A DNA stretch of 64,000 bases. It comes from a virus. The stretch covers positions 24,236 through 88,235 of the IMG/VR virus record IMGVR_UViG_3300006919_000042. One strand, written 5' to 3'. Under the pieces are notes generated by a model. The model was not told the origin of the DNA and ran no database searches. It saw only the letters and a program-made list of their open reading frames with translations. The first letter of the stretch is position 1; each line of letters opens with the position of its first letter. Shown here piece by piece: positions 9,403 to 20,166 of the stretch. The position numbers were made by a program, and so were the translations under genes.

Positions 9403-11580
9403 ATGAAATTAGTACAAGAATCGTTTAATGACACAGTAATGGGATCTGAAAAAGAGATGAATTTCTCTATCAGTGACGATAATCCTATCATCTTCGAAAT
9501 CCTTAGAGATAAGATGTATAGCAATAAGATCGGTAGTATCTGTAGAGAAGTATCTTCAAACTCACGTGATGCTAATAGAGAAGCTGGAAATGCTGATCTA
9601 CCAATTGAGATCACAATTATCAAACCATCAGATAAGATTAATATCAACGCATTAGTTGGTCACTTGAGTATATCATTCAAGGATTATGGTGTTGGAATTA
9701 CTCCTGACCGTATGGAAAACGTATTCGTAAAGTATGCTGCGTCAACTAAAAGAGATACAAATTCACAAACCGGTGGATTCGGATTAGGTGCAAAGACACC
9801 ATTCGCATATACTGACACTTTCACAATCGTTACAATTTGTAATTGGGAAGGAAAACTTCAGAAATTCACATATACTGCAATGATTGATGCTAGTAGAAAA
9901 GGTAAGATGATACTTTTTGAAACTGAGGATGCTCCAGATCAATCTACTGGAACTCAGATAATTATACCAATTAACACTCCAAATGACAGAGCACAATTTG
10001 AGAGAGAATGTGTAAACTACACATCATTCTGGGGAGTTGGTCAGGTTAAGTACAATGGATTTGAGAATGAGCCTAGTGTAAATGCAATCATTCAAGACAC
10101 AGATCAGTTCACGATATATTATAATGAAGACCTTGACAAAAGGTATAAGTTACTTATTGATGGTGTGCCTTATCCACTTGACAGAGACTACGTTAAAGTT
10201 AGTCGTTTAGGATTAGGTAGTGGATATTGCTTAGCTCTAAAATTTGGAGTTGGTCAACTGAATATCAGTGCAAATCGTGAGTCAATCCAATATGATGACG
10301 CTACAGTTAAGAAAATCAACAAGTTATATGCTGATATCAAAGCTGATATCCTTAAAATGTTTGTTGAGAAATTAAGTAGTGCAGACAACTATTTAGAGGC
10401 TTGTATCAAACATGCTACAGTTAATGCTAAGTTTCATGATATCAGATACATTGAAGATATTGACACTCGATTAATCGCATATGCATTTGCTGATGGTGGA
10501 TATGGTAGTGAGAGAGGAATTCTTTGGGATTGTAAAAGACAAGTGTTGAAATCAAATGATTATGAAGGGAAGAAGATAATCACTAGATTTCAATTCAAAC
10601 ACCATAAGGTGATCTTTGTTAAGAATCCAGGCACTTATGATAAAGTGAAGTACGCAGAGACTTCATCATTTGGAATTAGCCCACGTAATATCAAGATTGC
10701 AAAATACTACGGGGACAAGAAGAGAAACATCAGAAGAAACCGCACTATTTGGGATGAGCAGATTGCCAATGAAATGGATACATTTATGTTAATCGTTCCA
10801 ACCGGCGATGATGTTAAAGGTCAGAATAATGAAATGCTTGCATTTCAAGATGTTGGATTTGAATTCAAGATGTATGGTGATGTGCCAATGAAGAAGGGTG
10901 ATTCAACTTACAGTAAGTACGTTAAACAACCTAACGTTTGGGTTAAATGTAGAGAATTCAACAGTAGCATTTATAACGATAATGAGAGCTTTGATTTAGA
11001 TATAGACAGAGCAACGTTGAAAATTAATCCCACACAAGGAAAAACCAAAGATTTTGTGTACTATATGATTGATACATTGAAGGACGCAAATGAGGTTTGT
11101 TCGTGGAGAAAACATACTATGTTCAAAGCGCTAACTAAGTTAGGTGGAAAAAGAGTGATATTAGTCAATGAGAGATCACATAGAAACTATATTTCTAAGA
11201 TGAAGATGCAAAGTGCAGACGATGCATTTAAGGCTCTTAGAACGAAGCATTTGGCTGCTTGGACGGTACAGAGAGATTTGAAAGCAATCAAACGATTCTC
11301 AAGAGATTGTGGCTTTCCTGAGAAAGGAATTGAGAAGCTCCCTGAGCTGTTTCCAAAAGTATTGGTTGAAGCACTAACAACTGATACAGATAAACATCAC
11401 AATTTCAATGAGTTATGTGGAGATAAGATTCCAGCATTAGATATCAATAAGATGAAAGAGGACATTAATGCAATGAATAAAAAGTATCCAATGTTGAAGC
11501 CATTCATATATAACAGAGGAAGTGGAATCACAGCAGAAGAATTAACTCACGTCAGAAATTACATTAAGACAGTTGTGTAG
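9403..11580 (+). CDS. rIIA: RIIA-like protein (GHKL/Hsp90-like ATPase N-terminus)
   Basis: IFEILRDKMYSNKIGSICREVSSNSRDA, DYGVG, STKRDTNSQTGGFGLGAKTPFAY, SANRESIQY; followed by rIIB. Confidence 0.9.
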   Translation: MKLVQESFNDTVMGSEKEMNFSISDDNPIIFEILRDKMYSNKIGSICREVSSNSRDANREAGNADLPIEITIIKPSDKININALVGHLSISFKDYGVGITPDRMENVFVKYAASTKRDTNSQTGGFGLGAKTPFAYTDTFTIVTICNWEGKLQKFTYTAMIDASRKGKMILFETEDAPDQSTGTQIIIPINTPNDRAQFERECVNYTSFWGVGQVKYNGFENEPSVNAIIQDTDQFTIYYNEDLDKRYKLLIDGVPYPLDRDYVKVSRLGLGSGYCLALKFGVGQLNISANRESIQYDDATVKKINKLYADIKADILKMFVEKLSSADNYLEACIKHATVNAKFHDIRYIEDIDTRLIAYAFADGGYGSERGILWDCKRQVLKSNDYEGKKIITRFQFKHHKVIFVKNPGTYDKVKYAETSSFGISPRNIKIAKYYGDKKRNIRRNRTIWDEQIANEMDTFMLIVPTGDDVKGQNNEMLAFQDVGFEFKMYGDVPMKKGDSTYSKYVKQPNVWVKCREFNSSIYNDNESFDLDIDRATLKINPTQGKTKDFVYYMIDTLKDANEVCSWRKHTMFKALTKLGGKRVILVNERSHRNYISKMKMQSADDAFKALRTKHLAAWTVQRDLKAIKRFSRDCGFPEKGIEKLPELFPKVLVEALTTDTDKHHNFNELCGDKIPALDINKMKEDINAMNKKYPMLKPFIYNRGSGITAEELTHVRNYIKTVV

Positions 11581-11602
11581 AACATATATAGTAAGTATCT
11601 TT
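11572..11602 (+). promoter_or_regulatory. Repeated promoter/operator, degenerate copy 4
   Basis: GTTGT-N5-ACATA-N9-TATCTTT. Confidence 0.55.
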
Positions 11603-11631
11603 AAACAATAATAATCGTAAAATAATTCACC

Positions 11632-13137
11632 ATGAGTAAAAAAATCAAAGCAATCGTAAGTGAGAAAACAATCGTTATCCACTACGACGGGAAAAAAGTT
11701 AACATCCAAAAACAGACGGATCAAACACTATTCCAAGAAGTATCTCTGTTGATTGACAACAAAGATGAAAAGGCATTAATTGCCAAATTCAAATCGATCA
11801 AAGAGATCGCAGAAAAATTCTCCAACAAGATGATTGAAGTTGATAATGATGGCAAAGCCACTCTGAAAGGAAGTGACCGAGTTATTCCACCTGCAGTGAT
11901 TAAGAAGATGTTAGAGCTTGAAAAAGACCAACAAGACTTCTTACCACTAATCAGATTCTGGAGAAAACTTCAAAAGAACCCTAGTACTAATTCACGTGAA
12001 CAACTTTATGGATTCATGCTTGCCAATCATATTCCGATTACAGAGCAAGGTGACATAGTTGTTGAAAAAGGAGTTAGTCAAAAACGAGGTGGAGTTCCAG
12101 GTCATTTAATTGACGGACACTCAGGAACAGTTGATAATAGTGTTGGACAGACTGTAGAAATGCCTAGAAGTGGTGTCGTTGATGATCCAAAACAAACTTG
12201 TAGTCGAGGACTTCATGTTGGAGCACCTGACTTCGTTAGAAATCACTGGAACCAAAAGATCATCATTGAATGTGTAGTTAATCCTGAGGACGTAGTATCT
12301 GTTCCAGTTGATTATAGGAACACCAAGATGAGAGTTTGTAAGTATAAAGTAATGGGATATAGTTCTAAGAGTGAGAGAACTAATCAAGTCGTTGCAGTAT
12401 CCGATTTTGTTACACTACCAAGTGAGGCTGTATTGAAACTTCTTAAAGATGGTGTTGAAGGTGGAAAAGAGCAGAATGAGCCTAATGAGAAGCAGGCTGT
12501 AGTTACTAGCATTAAAGTCAATAAATCAATTACAACTACCAATGAGTATGTTGAAACATTGAGTAAGATGACTGCAGGTAAAATCATCACACACGTTGAG
12601 GAGGTTACAGGAACGAAGATTACCCTTAATCCTAAGAACAAGAAAGCCATCATCAAGAAAGGTGCTGAGTTACTTGAGATATTCCACACCACTAAACAGA
12701 TTGCTGCGACGCAAGAAACTCAAGATGAAGTAATTGCTACTGTCAAGAAGCAAGAAACTGGTCCTTGGAGTGTAAGAATGACAAGTGCTGGTAGCAGTAA
12801 ACTTGCAGTAGCTAAACTATATGTTGAACAATTCAATTGTGGTTTAAGAGCTGGTAAGCAGATGATTGATAAAGCACCATTCGTTATGATATCAGGTGCT
12901 AGTAAAAGATTTGCTGAAAGATATGTAAAGCTGTTTACTGAGGTTGGTGCTAAGATGGAGACGTTCAAACCGAATGTTGATAAGAAAGAGATCGTTCTTT
13001 CAAACCACACAATTCCTCAACTAATTGGAATGGTACAAGCTAAATTCAATGAGAGAATTAAGAGTAGAGCGCCTAGAACAGAGGTTGAATCTATCACAAG
13101 AAAGCTGTATGAAAGTGCAGGTTATAAAGTAATCTAA
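11632..13137 (+). CDS. rIIB: RIIB-like protein with C-terminal ribosomal L7/L12-CTD-like domain
   Basis: FWRKLQKNPS...LYGF...PITEQG, NSVG...MPRSGVVDDPKQTCSRGLHVG, VNPEDVVSVPVDY...KMRVCKY. Confidence 0.88.
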   Translation: MSKKIKAIVSEKTIVIHYDGKKVNIQKQTDQTLFQEVSLLIDNKDEKALIAKFKSIKEIAEKFSNKMIEVDNDGKATLKGSDRVIPPAVIKKMLELEKDQQDFLPLIRFWRKLQKNPSTNSREQLYGFMLANHIPITEQGDIVVEKGVSQKRGGVPGHLIDGHSGTVDNSVGQTVEMPRSGVVDDPKQTCSRGLHVGAPDFVRNHWNQKIIIECVVNPEDVVSVPVDYRNTKMRVCKYKVMGYSSKSERTNQVVAVSDFVTLPSEAVLKLLKDGVEGGKEQNEPNEKQAVVTSIKVNKSITTTNEYVETLSKMTAGKIITHVEEVTGTKITLNPKNKKAIIKKGAELLEIFHTTKQIAATQETQDEVIATVKKQETGPWSVRMTSAGSSKLAVAKLYVEQFNCGLRAGKQMIDKAPFVMISGASKRFAERYVKLFTEVGAKMETFKPNVDKKEIVLSNHTIPQLIGMVQAKFNERIKSRAPRTEVESITRKLYESAGYKVI

Positions 13138-13142
13138 TTCAC

Positions 13143-13169
13143 AAAAGGGCCATTAACGTGGCCCTTTTT
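13143..13169 (+). terminator. Intrinsic terminator
   Basis: AAAAGGGCCA-TTAACG-TGGCCCTTTTT. Confidence 0.85.
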
Positions 13170-13182
13170 AAATTCACAAAAC

Positions 13183-13395
13183 ATGATAGTTTATAGAGAA
13201 GAGAAAGGTGGACTGATTACATTAGATGTATCAACACTGACGGCTGAGGAACTGACTGAGGAAGTCTTAGACAGATTCTATGTAATAGTAAGAAAGAAGT
13301 GGTGGGAGTCTCATCGTAGATTCTTGAAGAGAATTGCTAAAGTTTATAAGCAAAAGTCAAACACAATGGTAACATATAAAGGAAAAGTATTATGA
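13183..13395 (+). CDS. Hypothetical protein
   Basis: ORF coupled to the kinase gene (ATGA overlap). Confidence 0.6.
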   Translation: MIVYREEKGGLITLDVSTLTAEELTEEVLDRFYVIVRKKWWESHRRFLKRIAKVYKQKSNTMVTYKGKVL

Positions 13396-14003
13396 TAATA
13401 GCAATCTCCGGTAAGGCTGGATCAGGAAAGGATGAAGTAGGTAAGATTATTCAATATCTTACAAGTCCAAGTGCAATATCAAAAGGAACTTATACACATT
13501 GTCAACAGTACGGTCACGTATATGACGTTGACTTTGTAATTCATAAGTTCGCTGCAAAGCTCAAATCAAGTATCGAGCATAAGTTTCCAAACGATTTCAA
13601 TGCATTCTTGTGGGAGACCTCAGGATCTGAATATCGTGATGAAGTAATTAAATGCTTAGGAATGACTCGTAGAGAGTTGTTGATTGATGAAGCAATGGCA
13701 CTCAGAGGGATTAATAAGGATTATTGGGTAGCAGCATTGATGGGAGAATACACTCTAGCAAGAAAGTGGTTGATAACAGATATGAGATTTCCAAACGAAC
13801 TTGAAGCTGTTGTTGAGAAACAAGGGTTCTGCTTACGTGTAGAACGTCCAGGAGCAAAGTTAATCGACTCAATCTCAGAAACTAGCTTAGACCACATCGT
13901 AGGTCAAGGAAAAGGCTTAGATGACGTAATCATCAATGATGGAACTATTGAGCAATTAGTTCAGTGCGTTCGTCATTGGATGATAGAGAGAGAGTTGCTT
14001 TGA
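13392..14003 (+). CDS. Deoxynucleoside monophosphate kinase
   Basis: ISGKAGSGKD P-loop, FAAKLK, ITDMRFPNE, SETSLD, NDGT. Confidence 0.9.
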   Translation: MIIAISGKAGSGKDEVGKIIQYLTSPSAISKGTYTHCQQYGHVYDVDFVIHKFAAKLKSSIEHKFPNDFNAFLWETSGSEYRDEVIKCLGMTRRELLIDEAMALRGINKDYWVAALMGEYTLARKWLITDMRFPNELEAVVEKQGFCLRVERPGAKLIDSISETSLDHIVGQGKGLDDVIINDGTIEQLVQCVRHWMIERELL

Positions 14004-14494
14004 ATTTAGTGACAATACATACTGACGGAAGCGCAGTCAATAACAAGACTGTACACAACTCAGGCCATGGAGGGGCTGGTGTGGTATTTCATCATGGTGA
14101 AAGAGAAGTGACTCGACATTTTGGGTCATTCAGAAATACCACATCCGCACGCATGGAAATCTTCGCAATCATTAAAGCACTCGAACTAACACGTCCAGGA
14201 GTTTTGATTAAATTATTCACAGATAATCAATACTGTAGTAATACAATAAATCATGATTGGTACAATAAATGGATCACTACTCAAGCTGATAAAGCCAATA
14301 TGGATCTGTGGAGACGATTCAAAAAGATATATCAAACACATACATGCAACGGTAGTAGGATTGAAGTGACTTGGATAAAAGGTCACGCAAAGGGAAAGTA
14401 TATTCATAATGAGACAGCAGACCGTTTGGCCACTAAGGGTCGCCTAAAAGTCCGCGAGATTGTTGACAACCGAGATGGATTCAAAAATTGTTAA
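14000..14494 (+). CDS. rnhA: Ribonuclease HI
   Basis: TDGS, TSARME, TDNQY, NMDLW, WIKGH, NETADRLA; TTG start at 14000 overlapping the upstream stop. Confidence 0.92.
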   Translation: MNLVTIHTDGSAVNNKTVHNSGHGGAGVVFHHGEREVTRHFGSFRNTTSARMEIFAIIKALELTRPGVLIKLFTDNQYCSNTINHDWYNKWITTQADKANMDLWRRFKKIYQTHTCNGSRIEVTWIKGHAKGKYIHNETADRLATKGRLKVREIVDNRDGFKNC

Positions 14495-14578
14495 AAAATA
14501 CAATCGAATAACCCATTCAAGAACTAAAGATTGTTAGTATTTTTATACTTCAATTTCAAAAAAATAACACCCACCAAC

Positions 14579-16573
14579 ATGGCGAGAAAATTCAAACTCA
14601 AGCAAGCATTTATAGAGCAATACAAAACCAAAAAGCCTCCATTCGGATTTAATGGCTTGGGAGAATTAACATACATCAGGACATATTCAAGAGTAAAAGC
14701 AGATGGGACCAACGAGGTTTGGTATGAAACAGTAAGAAGAGTAGTCGAAGGTACGTACAGAATTCAGCAGCGACATATTGAAAAGTATGGACTTGGCTGG
14801 AGTGAGTGGAAAGCTAATAATTCAGCTGAGGAGATGTATGATCGAATGTTCTCAATGAAGTTCCTTCCTCCTGGAAGAGGACTTTGGGCAATGGGAACAG
14901 CACTAACTGAGGAGCGAGATTTGTTTGCAGCATTAAACAACTGTGCATTCGTATCGACTGAGAATATTGGTTATAGTGGCGATGAAGCAGTTAAGCCATT
15001 TACATTCCTGATGGATATGAGTATGTTGGGAGTAGGAGTAGGATTTGATGTTCATGGAGAAAATAAGATTATTCTTGAAACACCTGATACAGAACAAATT
15101 ACCTATAAGATTCCAGATACACGTGAAGGTTGGGTAGAGTCAGTTTCAATACTACTCAAGAATTATTTCATGAAAGGACAGAAGCAAGTAGAATTTGATT
15201 ATTCAGACATTCGTCCATATGGAACGCTAATTAAAACGTTTGGAGGTACTGCCTCAGGACCAGATCCATTAATAGAACTACACAATCAGATCCGCAAGAC
15301 ATTCTCAGATAGACAAGATGAAAGAATCACTCAAACAGATATCGTTGATATCATGAACCACATTGGTTGCTGCGTAGTTGCAGGTAATGTCAGACGTACA
15401 GCTGAAATAGTATTTGGAAGTCCTAAAAGTGATGAGTATTTGAAGCTTAAAAGTTACACATACAATGCAGAAAAGGGTATTTATGAAGGAGAAATGGCTC
15501 ACAGAGCTGATTATGGTTGGACATCAAACAATAGCGTTTATGCTGAATTAGGAATGGATTATTCCAAAGTAGCTAATCAAACAGCACGTAACGGAGAACC
15601 AGGATATGCATGGCTACAGAATATGCAAAAGTTTGGAAGAATGGTTGATCCACCAAACTGGAAAGATAAGAAAGCTAAGGGAGCAAATCCTTGTGTAGAA
15701 CAAACACTAGAATCATTTGAACTATGTTGTTTGGTTGAAACTTTTCCTACACTACATACTGACATGGAAGATTACCTAAAGACGTTAAAATACGCTTATT
15801 TATATGCCAAAACAGTAACATTAGGGAAGACTCACTGGAGTGAAACTAATAAAGTGATGCTACGTAACAGAAGAATTGGAACATCACAAAGTGGAATTGC
15901 ACAATTTGTTGAGAAGCACGGATTAGAAACTTACAGACAATGGTGTAATAATGGATACAATACAATTCAAGCATACGATGAAGAGTACAGTGATTGGTTA
16001 TGTATTCCAAGATCGATCAAAACAACTAGTGTAAAGCCAAGTGGAACAGTAAGTCTGTTGCCAGGAGTTACACCAGGAATGCACTATCCTGAGGCAGCTT
16101 GGTATAAGAGAAGAATCAGAATAGCTACAACCAGCGCACTTGTACAGAAATGTATTGATGCTGGATATCACGTTGAGCCTGATGTAGTTAGTAGTAAAAC
16201 AATGGTAGTTACAGTTCCTGTTCACATTCCAGGAGTGAGAACAATTGATCAAGTGTCGATGTGGGAACAACTGTCATTAGCTGCATTCATACAGCATTGG
16301 TGGGCAGACAATCAGGTAAGTTGTACAGTAACTTTCCAAAAAGAAGAGGGATCGCAGATTAAAGCTGCGTTGAACTACTTTCAATACAAGCTAAAAGGGA
16401 TCAGTTTTCTACCAAAGACGGAAGCAGGTGCGTTTGCACAGATGCCTTACGAAGAGATAACAGAACAAGAGTATGAAGATAGCGTCAAAGGGATTAAAGC
16501 ACTAGACTTTAGTGGTGTTGGAGAGGATAGTACTCCAGAGAAGTATTGTGACTCAAGCAGTTGTGAGATATAA
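14579..16573 (+). CDS. nrdJ: Class II (adenosylcobalamin-dependent) ribonucleotide reductase, monomeric RTPR type
   Basis: RTYSR, PPGRGLW, NNC, GNVRRTAEI, NPCVEQ, TSVKPSGTVS, C-terminal CDSSSC. Confidence 0.93.
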   Translation: MARKFKLKQAFIEQYKTKKPPFGFNGLGELTYIRTYSRVKADGTNEVWYETVRRVVEGTYRIQQRHIEKYGLGWSEWKANNSAEEMYDRMFSMKFLPPGRGLWAMGTALTEERDLFAALNNCAFVSTENIGYSGDEAVKPFTFLMDMSMLGVGVGFDVHGENKIILETPDTEQITYKIPDTREGWVESVSILLKNYFMKGQKQVEFDYSDIRPYGTLIKTFGGTASGPDPLIELHNQIRKTFSDRQDERITQTDIVDIMNHIGCCVVAGNVRRTAEIVFGSPKSDEYLKLKSYTYNAEKGIYEGEMAHRADYGWTSNNSVYAELGMDYSKVANQTARNGEPGYAWLQNMQKFGRMVDPPNWKDKKAKGANPCVEQTLESFELCCLVETFPTLHTDMEDYLKTLKYAYLYAKTVTLGKTHWSETNKVMLRNRRIGTSQSGIAQFVEKHGLETYRQWCNNGYNTIQAYDEEYSDWLCIPRSIKTTSVKPSGTVSLLPGVTPGMHYPEAAWYKRRIRIATTSALVQKCIDAGYHVEPDVVSSKTMVVTVPVHIPGVRTIDQVSMWEQLSLAAFIQHWWADNQVSCTVTFQKEEGSQIKAALNYFQYKLKGISFLPKTEAGAFAQMPYEEITEQEYEDSVKGIKALDFSGVGEDSTPEKYCDSSSCEI

Positions 16574-16626
16574 CTGTGGAAGTCTGATGTAGGATCCGTA
16601 TATTTAAGCTCTTTAAAACATAACCT

Positions 16627-18165
16627 ATGAGTCGTTATACAACGAAAGCAAAGGAATTATCGAATGAGATAAAACCGCTAGTAGAAGCAAATCCACTCTT
16701 ATCAAATGTTAAAATAGCACAACTGATGGTCCTTAACGGGAATACATCAGGAGCTCAATACTTACGACACATCGTAGGAGCATGGAAAGCAATGCAAGGG
16801 CTGTCAGATCAGGCACTACCACAAGCAAAAGCAATACCACCTGATACAATTGGTAAAGTAGCTTCACCAACAGCTCCGAAGAAAGGAATTGAGATTAGAG
16901 GAGACCATATTGTTGTCAATTGGGATACTCAAACAATTATAACAACACTAGGAGATTGGGGTACTTACGTATCATCCTTCGATAGACATAGTTTAATTCA
17001 GAGAAAATATGTGTATTCGCATGGCAACGAGACAGCTGCGATTGTTGCAATGGAATTTGACTTTCCTCACACCAAAGCAGTTTATGTCTATGCAAGACTC
17101 CACGGATTTAGTAAAGCGTCTCCAGGACAAACTGACCTAGAATTTGAATTAGGTAAGAGTGTAGAGGACGCAGTTGAGGAGAATATCCAGACAATTAAGC
17201 GTAGAGTTTATAAAGGGACCAAAAAAGCTGAGTGGAAACAGACTCAAGAAGCTGCAACTAAGTGGTGGAACTTAGAGAATACATTACTAGAATCAATTGA
17301 AGTACTAGCTGCAGAACTTAAAGCTGAGAAGCCGAAACAACTACAATTCATCATACCTGAGACTGACTATCAATTCGCAGCATTTGTAGGAATTACAGAC
17401 GTACATTATCTCAAGATGTGCTATGACCATGCTGGAGGAATCACTTACAACAGAGAAATAGCAAAGACCAGACTTGAAGACCATGTAGTTAAATTAGCTG
17501 CAGAGGCTTCGCGTTACGGAAGACCTGAGAAGTTCTTTGTTACGTTAGGTAATGACAATATTCATGTAGATGGTATTCATCAATCAACAACTAGATTAAC
17601 AAGTCAACATGAAGCGAGTGATGGGATTTGGAGATTGGAGTTGAAGAACTACATACGTATTCAAATCGACCTAATTAATTACTACAAACAAATAGCACCA
17701 GTCACTGTGATTCCAGTTAAAGGTAATCACGATTACGAAACATCAATAGCAATCCAAGCATTCATTGACCTATATTATGAAAATGATGACCAAGTTGATG
17801 TGATTACCTGTCATGATGCACGTGCATATGTTCAGTATCATCAAGTATGTTTAATAACTACACATGGAGATGAGCTCAAATCTATAAATAACTTGGAAAG
17901 CCAAATACACAAGTTAATAATGGGTGAGGCTAAGAATCAAGGAATTGATGTGATGGAGGTTGAGTATTACATCATATTTCACGGACACGAGCACGTTGGA
18001 TCTACAAGAGATCTTAATGGTAGAGTACAGAGAATAGGACTAAGCTCATTGAGTGACATAGATGATTTCTGGCACAAAGCTAACGGGTATGTTGGTCGTC
18101 AACAAGAAAGTCAGATTATAATTATAGATCCAAAAAGAGGAAGAAAAGCAATTATGTACGCTTAA
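16627..18165 (+). CDS. Calcineurin-like metallophosphoesterase with N-terminal extension
   Basis: TDVH, GND, GNHD, HGD and GHEH motifs. Confidence 0.8.
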   Translation: MSRYTTKAKELSNEIKPLVEANPLLSNVKIAQLMVLNGNTSGAQYLRHIVGAWKAMQGLSDQALPQAKAIPPDTIGKVASPTAPKKGIEIRGDHIVVNWDTQTIITTLGDWGTYVSSFDRHSLIQRKYVYSHGNETAAIVAMEFDFPHTKAVYVYARLHGFSKASPGQTDLEFELGKSVEDAVEENIQTIKRRVYKGTKKAEWKQTQEAATKWWNLENTLLESIEVLAAELKAEKPKQLQFIIPETDYQFAAFVGITDVHYLKMCYDHAGGITYNREIAKTRLEDHVVKLAAEASRYGRPEKFFVTLGNDNIHVDGIHQSTTRLTSQHEASDGIWRLELKNYIRIQIDLINYYKQIAPVTVIPVKGNHDYETSIAIQAFIDLYYENDDQVDVITCHDARAYVQYHQVCLITTHGDELKSINNLESQIHKLIMGEAKNQGIDVMEVEYYIIFHGHEHVGSTRDLNGRVQRIGLSSLSDIDDFWHKANGYVGRQQESQIIIIDPKRGRKAIMYA

Positions 18166-18167
18166 TG

Positions 18168-18199
18168 GTTGCTAGATAGATATATAATATGTATCTTTG
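18168..18199 (+). promoter_or_regulatory. Repeated promoter/operator, copy 5
   Basis: GTTGC-N5-AGATA-N9-TATCTTTG. Confidence 0.8.
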
Positions 18200-18228
18200 A
18201 CCATTATAAACAATTAAAATCGGAAATC

Positions 18229-18762
18229 GTGAACAAAAATGTAATAGTTATCACAAAAAAAGAGCAAGTACTGTTGAACAACTTTCCACAGTATCAGCCA
18301 ATTAAAGGAGATCAATTTCATGGAGCAGTAACTGTTGCTTCTGCTAATCCAGCAAAATTTATTGTCAGTGTAGACGACGATGTAGTAATGTCTGAGGAGA
18401 CATTCACTTCAATCTACGACAAAAGTAGTCTTAGAGCTGGATGGATTGATAGTACATTAACTATTCGCAGTCTTGAATTAATTAGACAAGAACTGATATC
18501 ACTTCAAACAAAATACATCAACAACGACATCGATATAATTATATTGACTTACGGTTATAATGAGTTATTTGCAGACGTTAAGAATGCAGACATCATCAAA
18601 CAAACCGGAGATTTAGTTCGTTTATGGAAGAAACAAACCAAACAATTAATGGGATTTGATATTCCTGTAGTTATTCAGATCAAACGTAGAGTAAGTTTGC
18701 TGTCAACTGAGGAAGAACAGAAGATAGATCGGTTGTTATTAACACATTTGAGTCATGAATAA
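18229..18762 (+). CDS. Hypothetical protein (GTG start)
   Basis: Start reassigned to the GTG directly after the AAAATCGGAAATC leader. Confidence 0.65.
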   Translation: MNKNVIVITKKEQVLLNNFPQYQPIKGDQFHGAVTVASANPAKFIVSVDDDVVMSEETFTSIYDKSSLRAGWIDSTLTIRSLELIRQELISLQTKYINNDIDIIILTYGYNELFADVKNADIIKQTGDLVRLWKKQTKQLMGFDIPVVIQIKRRVSLLSTEEEQKIDRLLLTHLSHE

Positions 18763-18979
18763 ACTGTATTTAAAAGCACTATGTACAGTTAATAGCTGTA
18801 GAAATAGAGAACAATTAGTTAGTGCATTGAGATATGTTGAGCTAATTAGAAAGATAGATCACTTTACGTGGATTAGAGCAAAGGCTTATGCAGAGTCGGT
18901 GTTAAAATCATATGACAAGACATATAAAGGAAAAATACATTCACAAACAAAAACACATGATAATAGCAATAGATTTTGA
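18755..18979 (+). CDS. Hypothetical protein
   Basis: Overlapping operonic ORF. Confidence 0.55.
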   Translation: MNKLYLKALCTVNSCRNREQLVSALRYVELIRKIDHFTWIRAKAYAESVLKSYDKTYKGKIHSQTKTHDNSNRF

Positions 18980-19352
18980 TGGAACGATATTTGAGGCTGA
19001 GTGGCCTGAGGTAGGATCTATAAGACTCAACGCAAAGAGAATTATAAACAGACTATTCAAAGAAGGTCACACAATTATTATCAACACGTGTAGAAGTGGT
19101 AGAGCAGAAGAATTAGCTATATTAGCACTAAACAAGAATGACATTGACTATCATCATATTAATGAGAACTGTCCAATTAGGCAGGCTGAATATCAAGGTG
19201 AAGATTGTAGAAAAATCAGCGCTGATGTATATATTGACGACAAGTGTGTAGGAGGATTGCCAACATGGAATCAAATCTACTCAATAATAGATAAATTAGA
19301 AAATCCTGAGAATTATAAGACCTCAGGTAAGCGTAAAATGAATAAATTATGA
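18957..19352 (+). CDS. HAD-superfamily phosphatase (BT0820-like)
   Basis: MIIAIDFDGT, INTCR, KISADVYIDDK. Confidence 0.88.
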   Translation: MIIAIDFDGTIFEAEWPEVGSIRLNAKRIINRLFKEGHTIIINTCRSGRAEELAILALNKNDIDYHHINENCPIRQAEYQGEDCRKISADVYIDDKCVGGLPTWNQIYSIIDKLENPENYKTSGKRKMNKL

Positions 19353-19936
19353 AAAAAATCGTAACATTGGCACTAATCCTATTATGGATAGGACCTGTCA
19401 CAGCACAGTTTAAGTATGGAAAGAAAGATCCAGCACACTACTTTTACACAAACCTATCAGTTGATGCCAATATGGCATTTGGCTTGAAAGACAATAGCAA
19501 TACAGCAGCACCTGATCGAGGATTTGATTGGGACTTAGAGGTAGGAGTTAGAACAGATGAAATCGTTGGAGTATATATATTCTATGGTAGATTCAATGAA
19601 TTTGATTACCAAAACTATGGAGCTGGTGTTGATGTATATATTCAACCACTGAGAGACTTTGGCATTGACCTACACAATCCGTTTAATGGCAAGAGACTAT
19701 TCAAAGTATTTGATGGCATTGAAGCTAGTATAGGAGCTTACTACTCAGCAATACTTAGAAAAGACGGTAATGGTAATTGGGCAAGTGGTACATCATGGAT
19801 AAGTCCCAAAGCTCAAATAATCTTTTGGAATGGTGACTTAGGTTTCACATTGAGTGGAAAGTTTCAAGGAAGACCTGAGCTTGGTAAGAGAGTGTTTGAA
19901 GGTCAGTTTGGACTAACACTAAAATTCGATAGGTAA
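19349..19936 (+). CDS. Putative outer-membrane beta-barrel protein
   Basis: Sec signal MKKIVTLALILLWIGPVTA-Q; alternating aromatic/Gly strands; ends FEGQFGLTLKFDR. Confidence 0.6.
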   Translation: MKKIVTLALILLWIGPVTAQFKYGKKDPAHYFYTNLSVDANMAFGLKDNSNTAAPDRGFDWDLEVGVRTDEIVGVYIFYGRFNEFDYQNYGAGVDVYIQPLRDFGIDLHNPFNGKRLFKVFDGIEASIGAYYSAILRKDGNGNWASGTSWISPKAQIIFWNGDLGFTLSGKFQGRPELGKRVFEGQFGLTLKFDR

Positions 19937-20166
19937 TGGATATCAGACAACAAATATGGGAGGCTCGTAATGCACACTTCAACAAGAATAGGCACGATCC
20001 GACAATAGTAATAATGACACCAAAGAATTACGCTGAACTTATCAGAGAACTTGCTGGCGATCAAAGAATTGGAAGTGATATGATTAATGGAGAACTCACT
20101 CAAATTTTTGGACTAGAACCATTCAGATCACACGACGTTGAACAAAATAAATTTATAATAAAATGA
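19936..20166 (+). CDS. Hypothetical protein
   Basis: Coupled ORF. Confidence 0.6.
   Translation: MDIRQQIWEARNAHFNKNRHDPTIVIMTPKNYAELIRELAGDQRIGSDMINGELTQIFGLEPFRSHDVEQNKFIIK

Noticed and set aside
14579-16573. Intron or intein in nrdJ (also checked in recA)
   Set aside because: Both frames are continuous and of ordinary length, with no intein or homing-endonuclease motifs
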